Assembly: GCA_001918765.1 (NCBI GenBank)
Contig: MNGO01000004.1
Span: 1 to 55,411 of the forward strand
Reading direction: 5' to 3'
Length of the DNA stretch: 55,411 nucleotides
From: Crenarchaeota archaeon 13_1_40CM_3_52_10
GTDB lineage: Archaea > Thermoproteota > Bathyarchaeia > 40CM-2-53-6
Shown piece by piece: positions 18,267 to 27,083 of this stretch; the stretch's first letter is position 1; each line of letters opens with the position of its first letter. Below the pieces are notes generated by a model. It made no database searches. It saw only the letters and a program-made list of their open reading frames with translations, and was not told where the DNA came from. The translations under genes were made by a program, and so were the position numbers.

Positions 18267-19231
18267 AAACACCTGAGACGGCTCAGATCCGAAAACCATT
18301 AGGAGTCTCCTACAGAACTTTTTCTCAAGGTGAAGAGTCAACACTTCTGACAATTCTAGACGATGCCCTAGGCAGTTTTGCCGATGTCCCGCGAACGAGG
18401 TCAGCTCTCCACTCCCCCCGATTTGACCCTCTTGGATGCTTCATTGCCGAGGAGAATCATACACCGATCGGTTGGGTGGCGGCGACAAGTCTTCCCCGAG
18501 ACAACTGGTTCGTGATAAGATATCTCAGTGTCAAACACGCAACCGTTCGAACCAACATAGCCGAGAGTCTTCTGGAAAGAGCGACCAAGTACGTAGAATC
18601 GAAAGAGCCGGAATTCCTGCGAGCCACTACCCCAGCAATCGAGCCATATGTCCAGGTCTACCGGAAATACGGCTTCAAGCCATTACGTCGAGACTTTCGA
18701 ATCAGCTGGCAAATGCATGACGAGCCTCAAACCAAGAAGTCTAGTCTTGAAACTGAGGAAGTCTCAGACAAGACGATTGAAGATGCAAGCAGCTTGTACG
18801 CAAGGGCGTTAAGCCCTTACTGGGACTGGCGGACAGAGGAAGAGGCCGGCATCACCACCGTGACCGAATCATTCAAACAGGACAGGTCTCGAGGAGCAAG
18901 GTGGGTTCTCGCTCGGCTAGACAAGGAACCAGTAGGCCTAGTTGGCCTCATACCCGACTACTACGGGCCAGGCGAGGCCTGGTTCCGGGGAGCATTTGTT
19001 CTTCCAGCGCATCGAGGGAAGGGAATCGGGTCAGCGTTGATGTCTGTAATCCATACGTTTGCGAAAAATCTGAGCCAGAGAAAGATGACTGTTTACACGT
19101 TCTCCTACATGGACAGTCTAGCTCCGGGAGCCATCCTCTATCTGAAATCTGGCGGGAAGATAGAAGCAGAGTATCTGCAACTCACTAGAACCTGGGGAGG
19201 ACTATCTCGTTCTCAGGAAAGTAATGCATAA
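18263..19231 (+). CDS. Tandem GNAT-domain N-acetyltransferase
   Basis: 322 aa. Two GNAT-like halves, with the acetyl-CoA loop RGKGIGSAL in the C-terminal half. Translationally coupled to the ABC-2 operon. Confidence 0.7.
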   Translation: MKTPETAQIRKPLGVSYRTFSQGEESTLLTILDDALGSFADVPRTRSALHSPRFDPLGCFIAEENHTPIGWVAATSLPRDNWFVIRYLSVKHATVRTNIAESLLERATKYVESKEPEFLRATTPAIEPYVQVYRKYGFKPLRRDFRISWQMHDEPQTKKSSLETEEVSDKTIEDASSLYARALSPYWDWRTEEEAGITTVTESFKQDRSRGARWVLARLDKEPVGLVGLIPDYYGPGEAWFRGAFVLPAHRGKGIGSALMSVIHTFAKNLSQRKMTVYTFSYMDSLAPGAILYLKSGGKIEAEYLQLTRTWGGLSRSQESNA

Positions 19232-19281
19232 CCCGAATATAGCATATCGACCTCTTCCAATCTAGCGGAGGCATAGCACCG

Positions 19282-20616
19282 TTGGAGCCGTGGGATATCA
19301 CGATTATAGGTGGAGGCATCCTTGGGACCTCCGTCTCCTACTGGCTAGCCAACCAGTACGAGGGCCGAATAGCGGTTATTGAGAAGGAGCAGCAGGTAGC
19401 GGTTCACACTTCCAAGAGGAATACTGGAGTCGTCCATCGTCCCTTCTACCTGGACCCTGTCAAGAGACGAGTCTTCGCTCGATCGTCCCAGGCGGCCTAT
19501 GGAATGTGGAAGTCATACGCGAAAGAGCGAGGTCTGCCCTGGTCACCGGTCACGACGTTGGAAGTTGCGACCAGAGAAGAGGATCTCAAGCGGATCGAGA
19601 AGTATTACCACTGGGGCTTGGAGAACGGGATGGGAGAGGACGAGCTAGAGGTTCTGACAGCCGAAGAAGTGCGGAGGCTCGAGCCGCATGTACGGTCTCA
19701 CGGCGCCATATGGTCGAAGACAGACACGTCCGTTGACTATCCTTCCTTCACGCGCTCGTTGCGGGGAGATGCGGAGCGAGAAGGTGTTAGGTTCATTCTT
19801 GGTTTCGAAGTAAAGTCGATCGGAGTAGCGAAAGACTTCTTGGAGATTAAGCCAAAAAATGGTGGCGAGACAATACGAACCCGGTTCCTCCTAAACTGCG
19901 CGGGAGGAAATTCCATGCGCATAGCCCACATGCTGGGCGTCGGAAGAGAATACGCAGACCTCAATTTTCGGGGGGAGTACTGGGAGATAGGAAGACAATG
20001 GACGTATCTGGCAACGAGGAATATCTACACTGTGGCACAACACCCGGAATTACCGTTTCTAGATCCGCACTGGATATGCCGTGCCGATGGTCGTCGGGAG
20101 ATCGGCCCCAACGCCGTCCCGGTGGCCGGACCATACACGTACAAGGGCTTTTTCGAGAACCCGATACAAGCGTTGAAGACGATTCTAGAACCTCCTATGG
20201 TGAATAAGGTCGCTCTTCTTTTCAACAAAGACTTCCTGACTCTGGCCGGGGAGGAATGGAAATCGTCCATCTTCAAGTCAGAAATGGCCAGAAGAGCGCG
20301 AGAATTTATTCCGGAATTTAGACAAGACTACTTGGTAAGGCCGGGGATCGCAGGGGTCCGTGCACAAGTAATAGACCGAAATGGCAACTTCATCAAGGAA
20401 GCTATTGAGATCAAAGGCCCGCTGTCATACCACATTACCAACTATAACTCGCCAGGGGCAACTGGGTCACCTGCCTATGCTGCCTGGCTAGTTGAGAAAC
20501 TCGGTTCCCTAGGCTATATGGGAATTAGAAGGAGAACGTCTGCAACCTTCACTGGACCATGGGATTATGACTCGGTCAACAGCATGGTGAGCGACTCACC
20601 GAGGATAATCGCGTAG
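19282..20616 (+). CDS. FAD-dependent oxidoreductase (DAO family, L-2-hydroxyglutarate oxidase-like)
   Basis: 444 aa. Rossmann motif ITIIGGGILGTS, then HTSKRNTGVVH. Confidence 0.65.
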   Translation: MEPWDITIIGGGILGTSVSYWLANQYEGRIAVIEKEQQVAVHTSKRNTGVVHRPFYLDPVKRRVFARSSQAAYGMWKSYAKERGLPWSPVTTLEVATREEDLKRIEKYYHWGLENGMGEDELEVLTAEEVRRLEPHVRSHGAIWSKTDTSVDYPSFTRSLRGDAEREGVRFILGFEVKSIGVAKDFLEIKPKNGGETIRTRFLLNCAGGNSMRIAHMLGVGREYADLNFRGEYWEIGRQWTYLATRNIYTVAQHPELPFLDPHWICRADGRREIGPNAVPVAGPYTYKGFFENPIQALKTILEPPMVNKVALLFNKDFLTLAGEEWKSSIFKSEMARRAREFIPEFRQDYLVRPGIAGVRAQVIDRNGNFIKEAIEIKGPLSYHITNYNSPGATGSPAYAAWLVEKLGSLGYMGIRRRTSATFTGPWDYDSVNSMVSDSPRIIA

Positions 20617-20655
20617 GAAGCGCAGTCGAGCAAAATCGTCCCCCGACTTCGTCTC

Positions 20656-21393
20656 TCAGGGTATGGAGTATCTGAAGTTCTTCCATATCCCGGTTGCGCC
20701 TTGTCCGTGGACCGACACGCTTCCCTTCTCCGGATCTACAGGCTTGAGGGTGAAGAGCCCCCAGCCAACGGTGATGTTCTTGGGAGCAACGGGAATATTC
20801 TCTGTTTTGAAGAAGGGTTTCCCATCGACAATCCATTCTGCTAGCTTCTTTTGAGCATCGATTCTTACCATGTAGTGATGCATCATTTCGGGCTTCGTTT
20901 TGATCCCTGAGAATGGCGCCTCAATAAGATAGGTGAAAGCTGTCTTCTCATCCGTCACACCAGGAATGAGAAGTCGCTCGTAGATTGCTCCAATCTTTTT
21001 TCCCGTGGTGACGAAGTCGAATATCATTCCGGTCTCAAAGTCCATGAGTATGAGGCCCGCGAACGCGTCTTGCAGATCCTCCGCGTTACTTCTGTAGGTT
21101 TCTGCTCCCATCTCTGCCTCAAACACGGTGACTTGGTCCCGCGAAACTGGGAATGTGCGAGTGGATGCGTAGAGTTGTTTGGGATCGTCGAACATGTGGA
21201 TCTTGTCATGCTTTCGGGTGAACGGATCAACTGTAAGAGCGAGACCGGCATTCCTGGATGAAATCTTGGCCTTTGGTTCTTCCCAGACCCAATTCTCGCC
21301 GTTGCCCATGGGGAAGCTCATGATCTTCCATTTCGAAGGGTCAACACGACCCTTCGACATATCATCGTAAAGACTGGTTTCCGTTTTCAACAA
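20656..21393 (-). CDS. Conserved hypothetical protein (beta-rich, soluble)
   Basis: 245 aa, no motif I can name. Looks like a genuine gene from its length and balanced composition. Confidence 0.5.
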   Translation of the reverse strand: MLKTETSLYDDMSKGRVDPSKWKIMSFPMGNGENWVWEEPKAKISSRNAGLALTVDPFTRKHDKIHMFDDPKQLYASTRTFPVSRDQVTVFEAEMGAETYRSNAEDLQDAFAGLILMDFETGMIFDFVTTGKKIGAIYERLLIPGVTDEKTAFTYLIEAPFSGIKTKPEMMHHYMVRIDAQKKLAEWIVDGKPFFKTENIPVAPKNITVGWGLFTLKPVDPEKGSVSVHGQGATGIWKNFRYSIP

Positions 21394-21469
21394 GGCTGTC
21401 TCAAGCCGGGGCGAGATACGGATTTAATTCTTCTGAAAATGCTTCACACGTAAGTATTAGAGAAATCAT

Positions 21470-21907
21470 TCAGGGATGAGGTTCGCCCTTGGGTTCCCAA
21501 AGCTCAATCCTATTGCCCTCGGGATCAATGATCCATCCGAACTCGCCCGTATTCGTATTCCTGTGCTTTGTCGTCGACCTTCACGCCTTCCCGCTTGAGC
21601 TGAGCTAGAAGCCCGTCAAGATCATTGACCCGGAAGTTGATCATGAACGGTGCGGCACTCGGGTCAAAATACTTCGTGTCATGAAGAAAAATTGACCGGA
21701 CACAGTGTAGCCAACCCGTTTGGCATCATCTTTTTCTCGCCATTGAAGCATCTTCGCACTGGACCCTTCGCTTTCTGGTTTGATTCCCAGATGGTTTGTG
21801 TACAATGACATTAGTTTTCCAGGGTCTTCGGCTTTGAAGAAGACCCCTCCGATGCCCGTTACTCGGGTCGTCCTGGATGTGTGATCCTTTGGATGTTGCT
21901 TGCTCAT
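21470..21907 (-). pseudogene. VOC (glyoxalase/bleomycin-resistance fold) family gene with two compensating frameshifts
   Basis: N-part MSKQ..VTGIGGVFFKAEDPGKL..GYTVSGQ is in frame 1. The middle part HDTKYFDPSAAPFMINFRVNDLDGLLAQLKREGVKVDDKAQEYEYG is in another frame. The C-part EFGWIIDPEGNRIELWEPKGEPHP returns to frame 1. Shifts lie near the A5 run at 21687-21691 and near gccc at 21545-21548. Confidence 0.7.
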
Positions 21908-21913
21908 GGTGAT

Positions 21914-22441
21914 TCATTTCACAAGTTTGTCCCGGGATAATTTTGATCGAGATAAGACCTTCCTCTTCAGCTCGGTTCCGCATACTCTACACGTCTTCTC
22001 CGGTCCCCTTGATCTTCGATGGCATGCGGGGCAGTACATTATCCAGTCAAACTTGTGAGCTATACCAAAATTCGCGAGTGACCCATAGGTTAGATGAAGA
22101 TGCTCGGCCATGTTCTGCACCGCATAATCGTCGCTGACAATCACAGGGTCTTGCCCATCCTGTTTCAGATCGAGAGCCAGAGCGACGACCTCGCGATCGG
22201 CCTGCGAAACATGTCCCCTCTCACCAGCCTTAGTGCTGACTTGCTCAACTGATTCCAATGCGCGAGGAGATGGCGACCTGAGAGTGACTGTACCCTTCTC
22301 CTTGTTCACATGAAATCGCAGCTGTGTCATCGTACCCTTCGACAGCTCATCTTCTACGGCTTGAACCGTGTAGACCTCTCCTGGCCGGGTTGGGTTGAAG
22401 CCCATTATGAATGCCGAGGTATCTAGAACCAGCACTTTCAA
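21914..22441 (-). CDS. nob1: Nob1-like PIN endonuclease with C-terminal zinc ribbon
   Basis: 175 aa. PIN start MKVLVLDTSAF, zinc ribbon CPACH..CRVCG. Confidence 0.7.
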   Translation of the reverse strand: MKVLVLDTSAFIMGFNPTRPGEVYTVQAVEDELSKGTMTQLRFHVNKEKGTVTLRSPSPRALESVEQVSTKAGERGHVSQADREVVALALDLKQDGQDPVIVSDDYAVQNMAEHLHLTYGSLANFGIAHKFDWIMYCPACHRRSRGPEKTCRVCGTELKRKVLSRSKLSRDKLVK

Positions 22442-23277
22442 CCATTTTCCCTTTCGGAGGACAATCTTCTGAGACTCCTCTGGAGGAATGAGTCGCCGAA
22501 CCTGACGAAAAACGTGCTGTTGCCCGATTTTCTAAACGATAACGATTGTCCGATCCTTATTTCCCGCTCAAGACGGCCGTCTATGACCAGGTTCGCGCTT
22601 GGACCCGGTTCCGCCACGCGCAACTGCACTCCTGCCTTCACTGGTGCTACGATGGACTTGACTGGTTGGAGAGGAGCAATCAGCGTTAACGATACGCTCT
22701 CCATCGAGGTTTCGAGAACGGGCCCTCCTGCGGAGAAAGAGTGAGCTGTGGATCCTGTTGGGGTGGAGACGATGACTCCATCGGCTCTGGCCTGGAAAAC
22801 TCGTTTACCTCGAAGGGTTAGGTTCAGGTTGAGCATTTTCGCGGGTATGGTTGGAAGGAGGAGCGCCTCGTTGAGGGCTTCGCCCACAAGCCGGTTATTG
22901 TGCAGAACTGATAGCTTCCATTGCTCCTCTACCTCGTAGTCGCCTTTCTCCCACCTGGTGAAAGCTGCTTCGAACCCGGACGGTTCCACCTCGGTAAGGT
23001 AGCCCCTGCGGCCCATGTTTACCGCCAGAAGCGGGGTCCTCGGTTTTAGCATCTCCTTCGCGGCCTTGAGGACGGTGCCGTCTCCTCCTATCGTCACTAG
23101 GAGATCGATCTCCATTCGCTTGAGCGGCTTGCTTCCTGGAATCTTCGCATCCTTTCCTAGTTCTTCGTCGGGGATGGATCTAAAGCCGTGTTGCTCGATG
23201 ATTCCGTGAATCTTCCTAGCCTCTTTGTAGATTTCTTTGGAGCCTTTCTTGGCTAGGATGCCGACAGTCTTGGGCAT
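22438..23277 (-). CDS. nadK: NAD kinase
   Basis: 279 aa. GGDGTVL motif and NE(A/I)L region. Confidence 0.9.
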   Translation of the reverse strand: MPKTVGILAKKGSKEIYKEARKIHGIIEQHGFRSIPDEELGKDAKIPGSKPLKRMEIDLLVTIGGDGTVLKAAKEMLKPRTPLLAVNMGRRGYLTEVEPSGFEAAFTRWEKGDYEVEEQWKLSVLHNNRLVGEALNEALLLPTIPAKMLNLNLTLRGKRVFQARADGVIVSTPTGSTAHSFSAGGPVLETSMESVSLTLIAPLQPVKSIVAPVKAGVQLRVAEPGPSANLVIDGRLEREIRIGQSLSFRKSGNSTFFVRFGDSFLQRSLRRLSSERENG

Positions 23278-23402
23278 GATGGTTCAGACTGATGGTGGAC
23301 TGAAACGGACCACTTGAAAAGAATTCTCTAGGAATATGCTTCCATTCACGCGAAGTCTTTTAGATGCAGTCCTAGGACCGCTCGCCGTCGGGTCCCAGTT
23401 TC

Positions 23403-23798
23403 ATGAGCAAGCCGGTCGAAGTTGGCAGTTTGAAGATTGGCCAGTACGTCCTCATTGATGGTGAACCCTGCAAGATTGTGGAATTCGAAAAGTCCAAGCC
23501 CGGCAAGCACGGCTCCGCTAAGGCAAGGATTGTGGCGATAAGTGCGTTTACCGGCGTGAAGAAGAATCTCATCAGCCCGGTCGACGGCAAGGCAGAGGTC
23601 CCGCTCATCGACAAGAGGACGGGACAGGTGCTTTCCATCTCGGGGAACCTTCTCCAGGTAATGGATATGGAGAATTATCAGACGTTCGAGACACCAATGC
23701 CTGATGATGAGGATCTGAAAAAGCAGATGGCTTCGGGAATCGAGGTCGAGTACTGGGCCGTTATGGGACGGAACATGGTCGTCCGCCGAAAGGGCTGA
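23403..23798 (+). CDS. eif5a: Translation initiation factor 5A
   Basis: 131 aa. Hypusine loop SKPGKHGSAKARI. Confidence 0.95.
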   Translation: MSKPVEVGSLKIGQYVLIDGEPCKIVEFEKSKPGKHGSAKARIVAISAFTGVKKNLISPVDGKAEVPLIDKRTGQVLSISGNLLQVMDMENYQTFETPMPDDEDLKKQMASGIEVEYWAVMGRNMVVRRKG

Positions 23799-23838
23799 GC
23801 TGCTCATTTCGAGTAAGGTTCCTTCAAAAGTTAGACAC

Positions 23839-24771
23839 TTGCGGCTTTGGCCGGGAATGACCGCTGACGCCCTGGTCCGAGAGATGGGCGCTACCGGAGT
23901 ACTTGGCGGAGGCAGGATAGGTGCTGCGGCTGACGTTGTCGAAGATATGTTCCGAGGAACAGATTTCACAAACTTCCTGACGCTTGCCGGTCCAATGGTC
24001 CCTTCGGGGTTTAGGCTTCTCATTGGGGATCTTATCGACCGAGGATTTCTGGACGCGATCGTAACTAATGGGGCAAACTTGACCCATGACGTGATCGAGG
24101 CACTGGGTTTGCACCATTACCAAGGCACGTTTCAGGTTGACGATCGCCTCTTGATCAGGAAGGGGTATAGTCGAATCGCAGATATTTTCGTGAAGGAGAA
24201 ATCGTTCGAGATTCTGGACAAGACTGTCAGAAGGCTGCTGGCAGAGATTCCTGTTGACGAGAGACGTGGAGTATCGGTCTCAGATCTTCTCCGGAAAATA
24301 GGCCTACTCTTGCAGGATAGGAATTCAATCCTCTACAAAGCCGCTCGAAACAAGGTCAAAATCTTCTCACCCGGCTTGTTAGACTCGATCTTGGGGCTCA
24401 GCCTCTGGAGCTTCTCCCAGACAGAAATGCTCCAGTTGAACCCGATGGCCGACGTGACCAACATGGTAGAAATGGCGATGACCTCGAAAAAACTCGGGGT
24501 CCTGATTCTAGGGGGAGGACTACCGAAGCACCACACTCTCTTGGCAAGTGTTCTTAGGGAGGGAGTTGATGCTGCAGTCCAGATTACTGCCGATAGACCA
24601 GAGCCGGGGGGATTGAGCGGTGCTCCCTTGACAGAATCGATCAGCTGGAGAAAAATCCGGAAAGGAGGAAAGTTCGTGGACGTATACGGCGATGCAACTG
24701 TATGCTTTCCACTGATAATCGCCGCGGTTCTGGGGAAGGTTAAGAAGCGCGTGAGAACTTCTAGAGAGTAG
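23839..24771 (+). CDS. dys: Deoxyhypusine synthase
   Basis: 310 aa. Family-typical GANLTHD and ILGGGLPKHH. Directly downstream of its substrate gene eif5a. TTG start. Confidence 0.9.
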   Translation: MRLWPGMTADALVREMGATGVLGGGRIGAAADVVEDMFRGTDFTNFLTLAGPMVPSGFRLLIGDLIDRGFLDAIVTNGANLTHDVIEALGLHHYQGTFQVDDRLLIRKGYSRIADIFVKEKSFEILDKTVRRLLAEIPVDERRGVSVSDLLRKIGLLLQDRNSILYKAARNKVKIFSPGLLDSILGLSLWSFSQTEMLQLNPMADVTNMVEMAMTSKKLGVLILGGGLPKHHTLLASVLREGVDAAVQITADRPEPGGLSGAPLTESISWRKIRKGGKFVDVYGDATVCFPLIIAAVLGKVKKRVRTSRE

Positions 24772-24773
24772 TC

Positions 24774-26096
24774 TTGGAAACGGTTGGCCGTTCTCTCACT
24801 GACGCAGTCCGCAAAATGTTGCGGATGCCGAACGTGGACGAGAAGGCGATCAAGGAACTAGTGAAAGACCTGCAGAGGACGCTACTGCAGGCGGACGTGA
24901 ACGTCGAACTCGTTCTTCAGCTGTCCAAGGCTGTCGAGGATCGTTCTCTCAAGGAGAAGCTTCCCCCGGGAATAACCCGCAGAGAACATGTTGTCAAGGT
25001 TCTCTACGAGGAAATGACCAAGTTTGTTGGTCAAGATCCTGCGAAGGTCGAAGTTCAACCCGGAGCATTCCGCAAGCTCATGCTCGTTGGGATTCAGGGC
25101 ACAGGAAAGACGACCAGCTCGGTGAAACTGGCACGGTTCTTCCAGAAGAGAGGATTGAGAGTAGGCATTGTCGGAGCCGACACCTACCGGCCAGGCGCGC
25201 TTGAACAACTGAAGCAGTTAGCGGCCACAGTGGAGATTCCAGTTTACGGCGAGCCGGGCAACAAGAAGCCCGAGGACATCGCGAAGCACGGTCTCGACCA
25301 CTATCGGAAGGAGAAGACTGACTTGGTGATCATCGACACTGCGGGACGTCACAGGAATGAGCGGGACCTGATGGACGAGATGAAAAGAATTGCTTCTGCA
25401 GTAAAGCCAGACGAGATCGTGTTGGCTATCGACGCGACGATAGGACAACAAGCGATTACCCAGGCCCGTGCGTTTCACGAAGCAACACCCGTCGGGTCAG
25501 TTCTGTTGACAAAGATGGATGGGTCTGCAAAGGGAGGAGGAGCACTCTCTGCCGTCGCTGGGACCGGTTCGAAGGTAAAATTCATCGGAACCGGAGAACG
25601 AGTGGAGGACCTGGAGCAGTTCGTCCCGACAGATTTTGTCGGGCGGCTCTTGGGAATGGGCGACTTGAACGCACTTCTGGAGAAAGTGAAGGAGGCGGAG
25701 GTGCAGGTTCCGGAGGCGAAAGTCAAGCAGTTCATGGAGGGCAGGTTCACCTTGAAGGACATGTTTGATCAGATGGAGAATCTTCGCAAAATGGGGCCGC
25801 TGAGAAAAGTTCTCCAAATGATTCCTGGAGGCGTGAACCTTCCCGAGGAGCAGTTGGGAGTGGCGGAGGAGAAGATGAAAGCATGGAGAGTTATCATTCA
25901 GTCAATGACGAAAAAAGAACTTGCAGAGCCGCGGTTAGTAGACAGCTCTAGGTCGAAGAGGATTGCGCGAGGAGCCGGACGGCCAGAACGCGAGGTGCGG
26001 GAACTAGTCAACCAGTACTTTACGATGAGGAAGATGATGAAACAGATGAAAAGGCGCGGGCCAATGATGAAGGGCATGCCTTTCATGAAGAAATAA
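24774..26096 (+). CDS. srp54: Signal recognition particle protein SRP54
   Basis: 440 aa. G domain GIQGTGKTT, DTAGRH, TKMDG. Met-rich M domain at the C-terminus. Confidence 0.95.
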   Translation: METVGRSLTDAVRKMLRMPNVDEKAIKELVKDLQRTLLQADVNVELVLQLSKAVEDRSLKEKLPPGITRREHVVKVLYEEMTKFVGQDPAKVEVQPGAFRKLMLVGIQGTGKTTSSVKLARFFQKRGLRVGIVGADTYRPGALEQLKQLAATVEIPVYGEPGNKKPEDIAKHGLDHYRKEKTDLVIIDTAGRHRNERDLMDEMKRIASAVKPDEIVLAIDATIGQQAITQARAFHEATPVGSVLLTKMDGSAKGGGALSAVAGTGSKVKFIGTGERVEDLEQFVPTDFVGRLLGMGDLNALLEKVKEAEVQVPEAKVKQFMEGRFTLKDMFDQMENLRKMGPLRKVLQMIPGGVNLPEEQLGVAEEKMKAWRVIIQSMTKKELAEPRLVDSSRSKRIARGAGRPEREVRELVNQYFTMRKMMKQMKRRGPMMKGMPFMKK

Positions 26097-26145
26097 TTCG
26101 TGGGAATGGGTTCTTTCGAACATTGGTTGGGGGAGAACCAAGAAT

Positions 26146-26502
26146 TCAGGCCTTGCGATGATCATGCAGGTCCACCATGTTTCCCCACGGGTCCGTAAGC
26201 GTGCCTGAGTTCTTTCCCTTGCGTTTGACCGAGTATCCTTTCTTCTCCAACTGATCGGCGGCCTCTTCGAAGTTGAAGACGTGAAGGCTGATCGGAGTAA
26301 CGTTCGCGTCCCGGAGAACTAAGGGCGTGATTTTCGGGGTCTTGTAGAGCGTCAACTCGCCCAGCTTTGTCGTGATGACACTCCATTCAGGTGATTGTTC
26401 TTTGAGTTCGAAACCGAGCGCGTCCCGGTATAGCTTGATTGCCTCTTCCATATTCCCGACTTGGAGGATGATGTGGCCGATGTCACTCACGAGCTTGGGC
26501 AA
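26146..26502 (-). CDS. VOC/glyoxalase-fold protein
   Basis: DIGHIILQVGNMEEAIKLYRDALGFEL ... DPWGNMVDLHD. Likely start is TTG 26502 or GTG 26490. The longer track ORF (to 26781) overlaps the upstream gene in another frame. Confidence 0.7.
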   Translation of the reverse strand: MPKLVSDIGHIILQVGNMEEAIKLYRDALGFELKEQSPEWSVITTKLGELTLYKTPKITPLVLRDANVTPISLHVFNFEEAADQLEKKGYSVKRKGKNSGTLTDPWGNMVDLHDHRKA

Positions 26503-26504
26503 GT

Positions 26505-26912
26505 CTAGTTCCTTTGATTGCCGGAGGAATTTGCTTGGTCCTTGCGTTCGAGGCCCGACTTCAGTTTCTCCTCTTCTTTCTCGATATAGGCAAAGCCTTC
26601 TTTCAGGACTGAGCCGAACAAGGGTCCGAAAGTGAACGTGATTGCGGATATCGCGGCGCCTATCGAGACGAAGGCCATCAGAGAGGCGAACAGTTTCCCT
26701 GCGACTGTCAAGGGCGATAGTGCCGGGCCTTCCGCGGTTGCTAGAAGGGCCATGAAGTAAAACGAGGTCACAGAGTCCCATCCTTCTAAGAGCATCATAC
26801 CGATGGTTCCAATAGCCATCACGATGGCTAGAACTACAATTGAGAAGAATGCTCGCTTCTTGAACGGAGACAAAGGATGCCGGACAATTCTAGAAATGAC
26901 TCCTTCGTGCAT
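26505..26912 (-). CDS. 2-TM pore-loop ion-channel homologue with a non-canonical filter
   Basis: 135 aa. GWDSVTSFYFMALLATAEGPALSPLTVAGKLF aligns to the K-channel pore pattern W..YF..T.TTVGYGD..P.T..GK, but with TAEGPA in place of TVGYGD. Confidence 0.6.
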   Translation of the reverse strand: MHEGVISRIVRHPLSPFKKRAFFSIVVLAIVMAIGTIGMMLLEGWDSVTSFYFMALLATAEGPALSPLTVAGKLFASLMAFVSIGAAISAITFTFGPLFGSVLKEGFAYIEKEEEKLKSGLERKDQANSSGNQRN

Positions 26913-27083
26913 AGACGATCACTCGGCTCTCGAAGGATGGAACCTTAGCTCTTTCTATCGACAGTTGCAAGCTCGGAGTCTTCGTCACGGTCTCATCGAT
27001 GTGTCCACGGCGTATGCTTGCGTACCATTTTGCATTGGTCAATTTCGAATCCCTTATCAAACAGCTTCGAGAAATTTTCACTC

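Noticed and set aside
23346-24023. 225-aa minus-strand ORF overlapping eif5a and the start of the deoxyhypusine synthase gene
   Set aside because: It is antisense to two strongly supported genes, Ser/Pro/Arg-rich and has no motif. This is a typical shadow ORF.
26503-26781. N-terminal 93 aa of the 211-aa track ORF 26146-26781
   Set aside because: This part overlaps the channel-like gene in another frame and has an Arg-rich composition. The VOC domain begins at DIGHIILQ, with a TTG/GTG start at 26502/26490.
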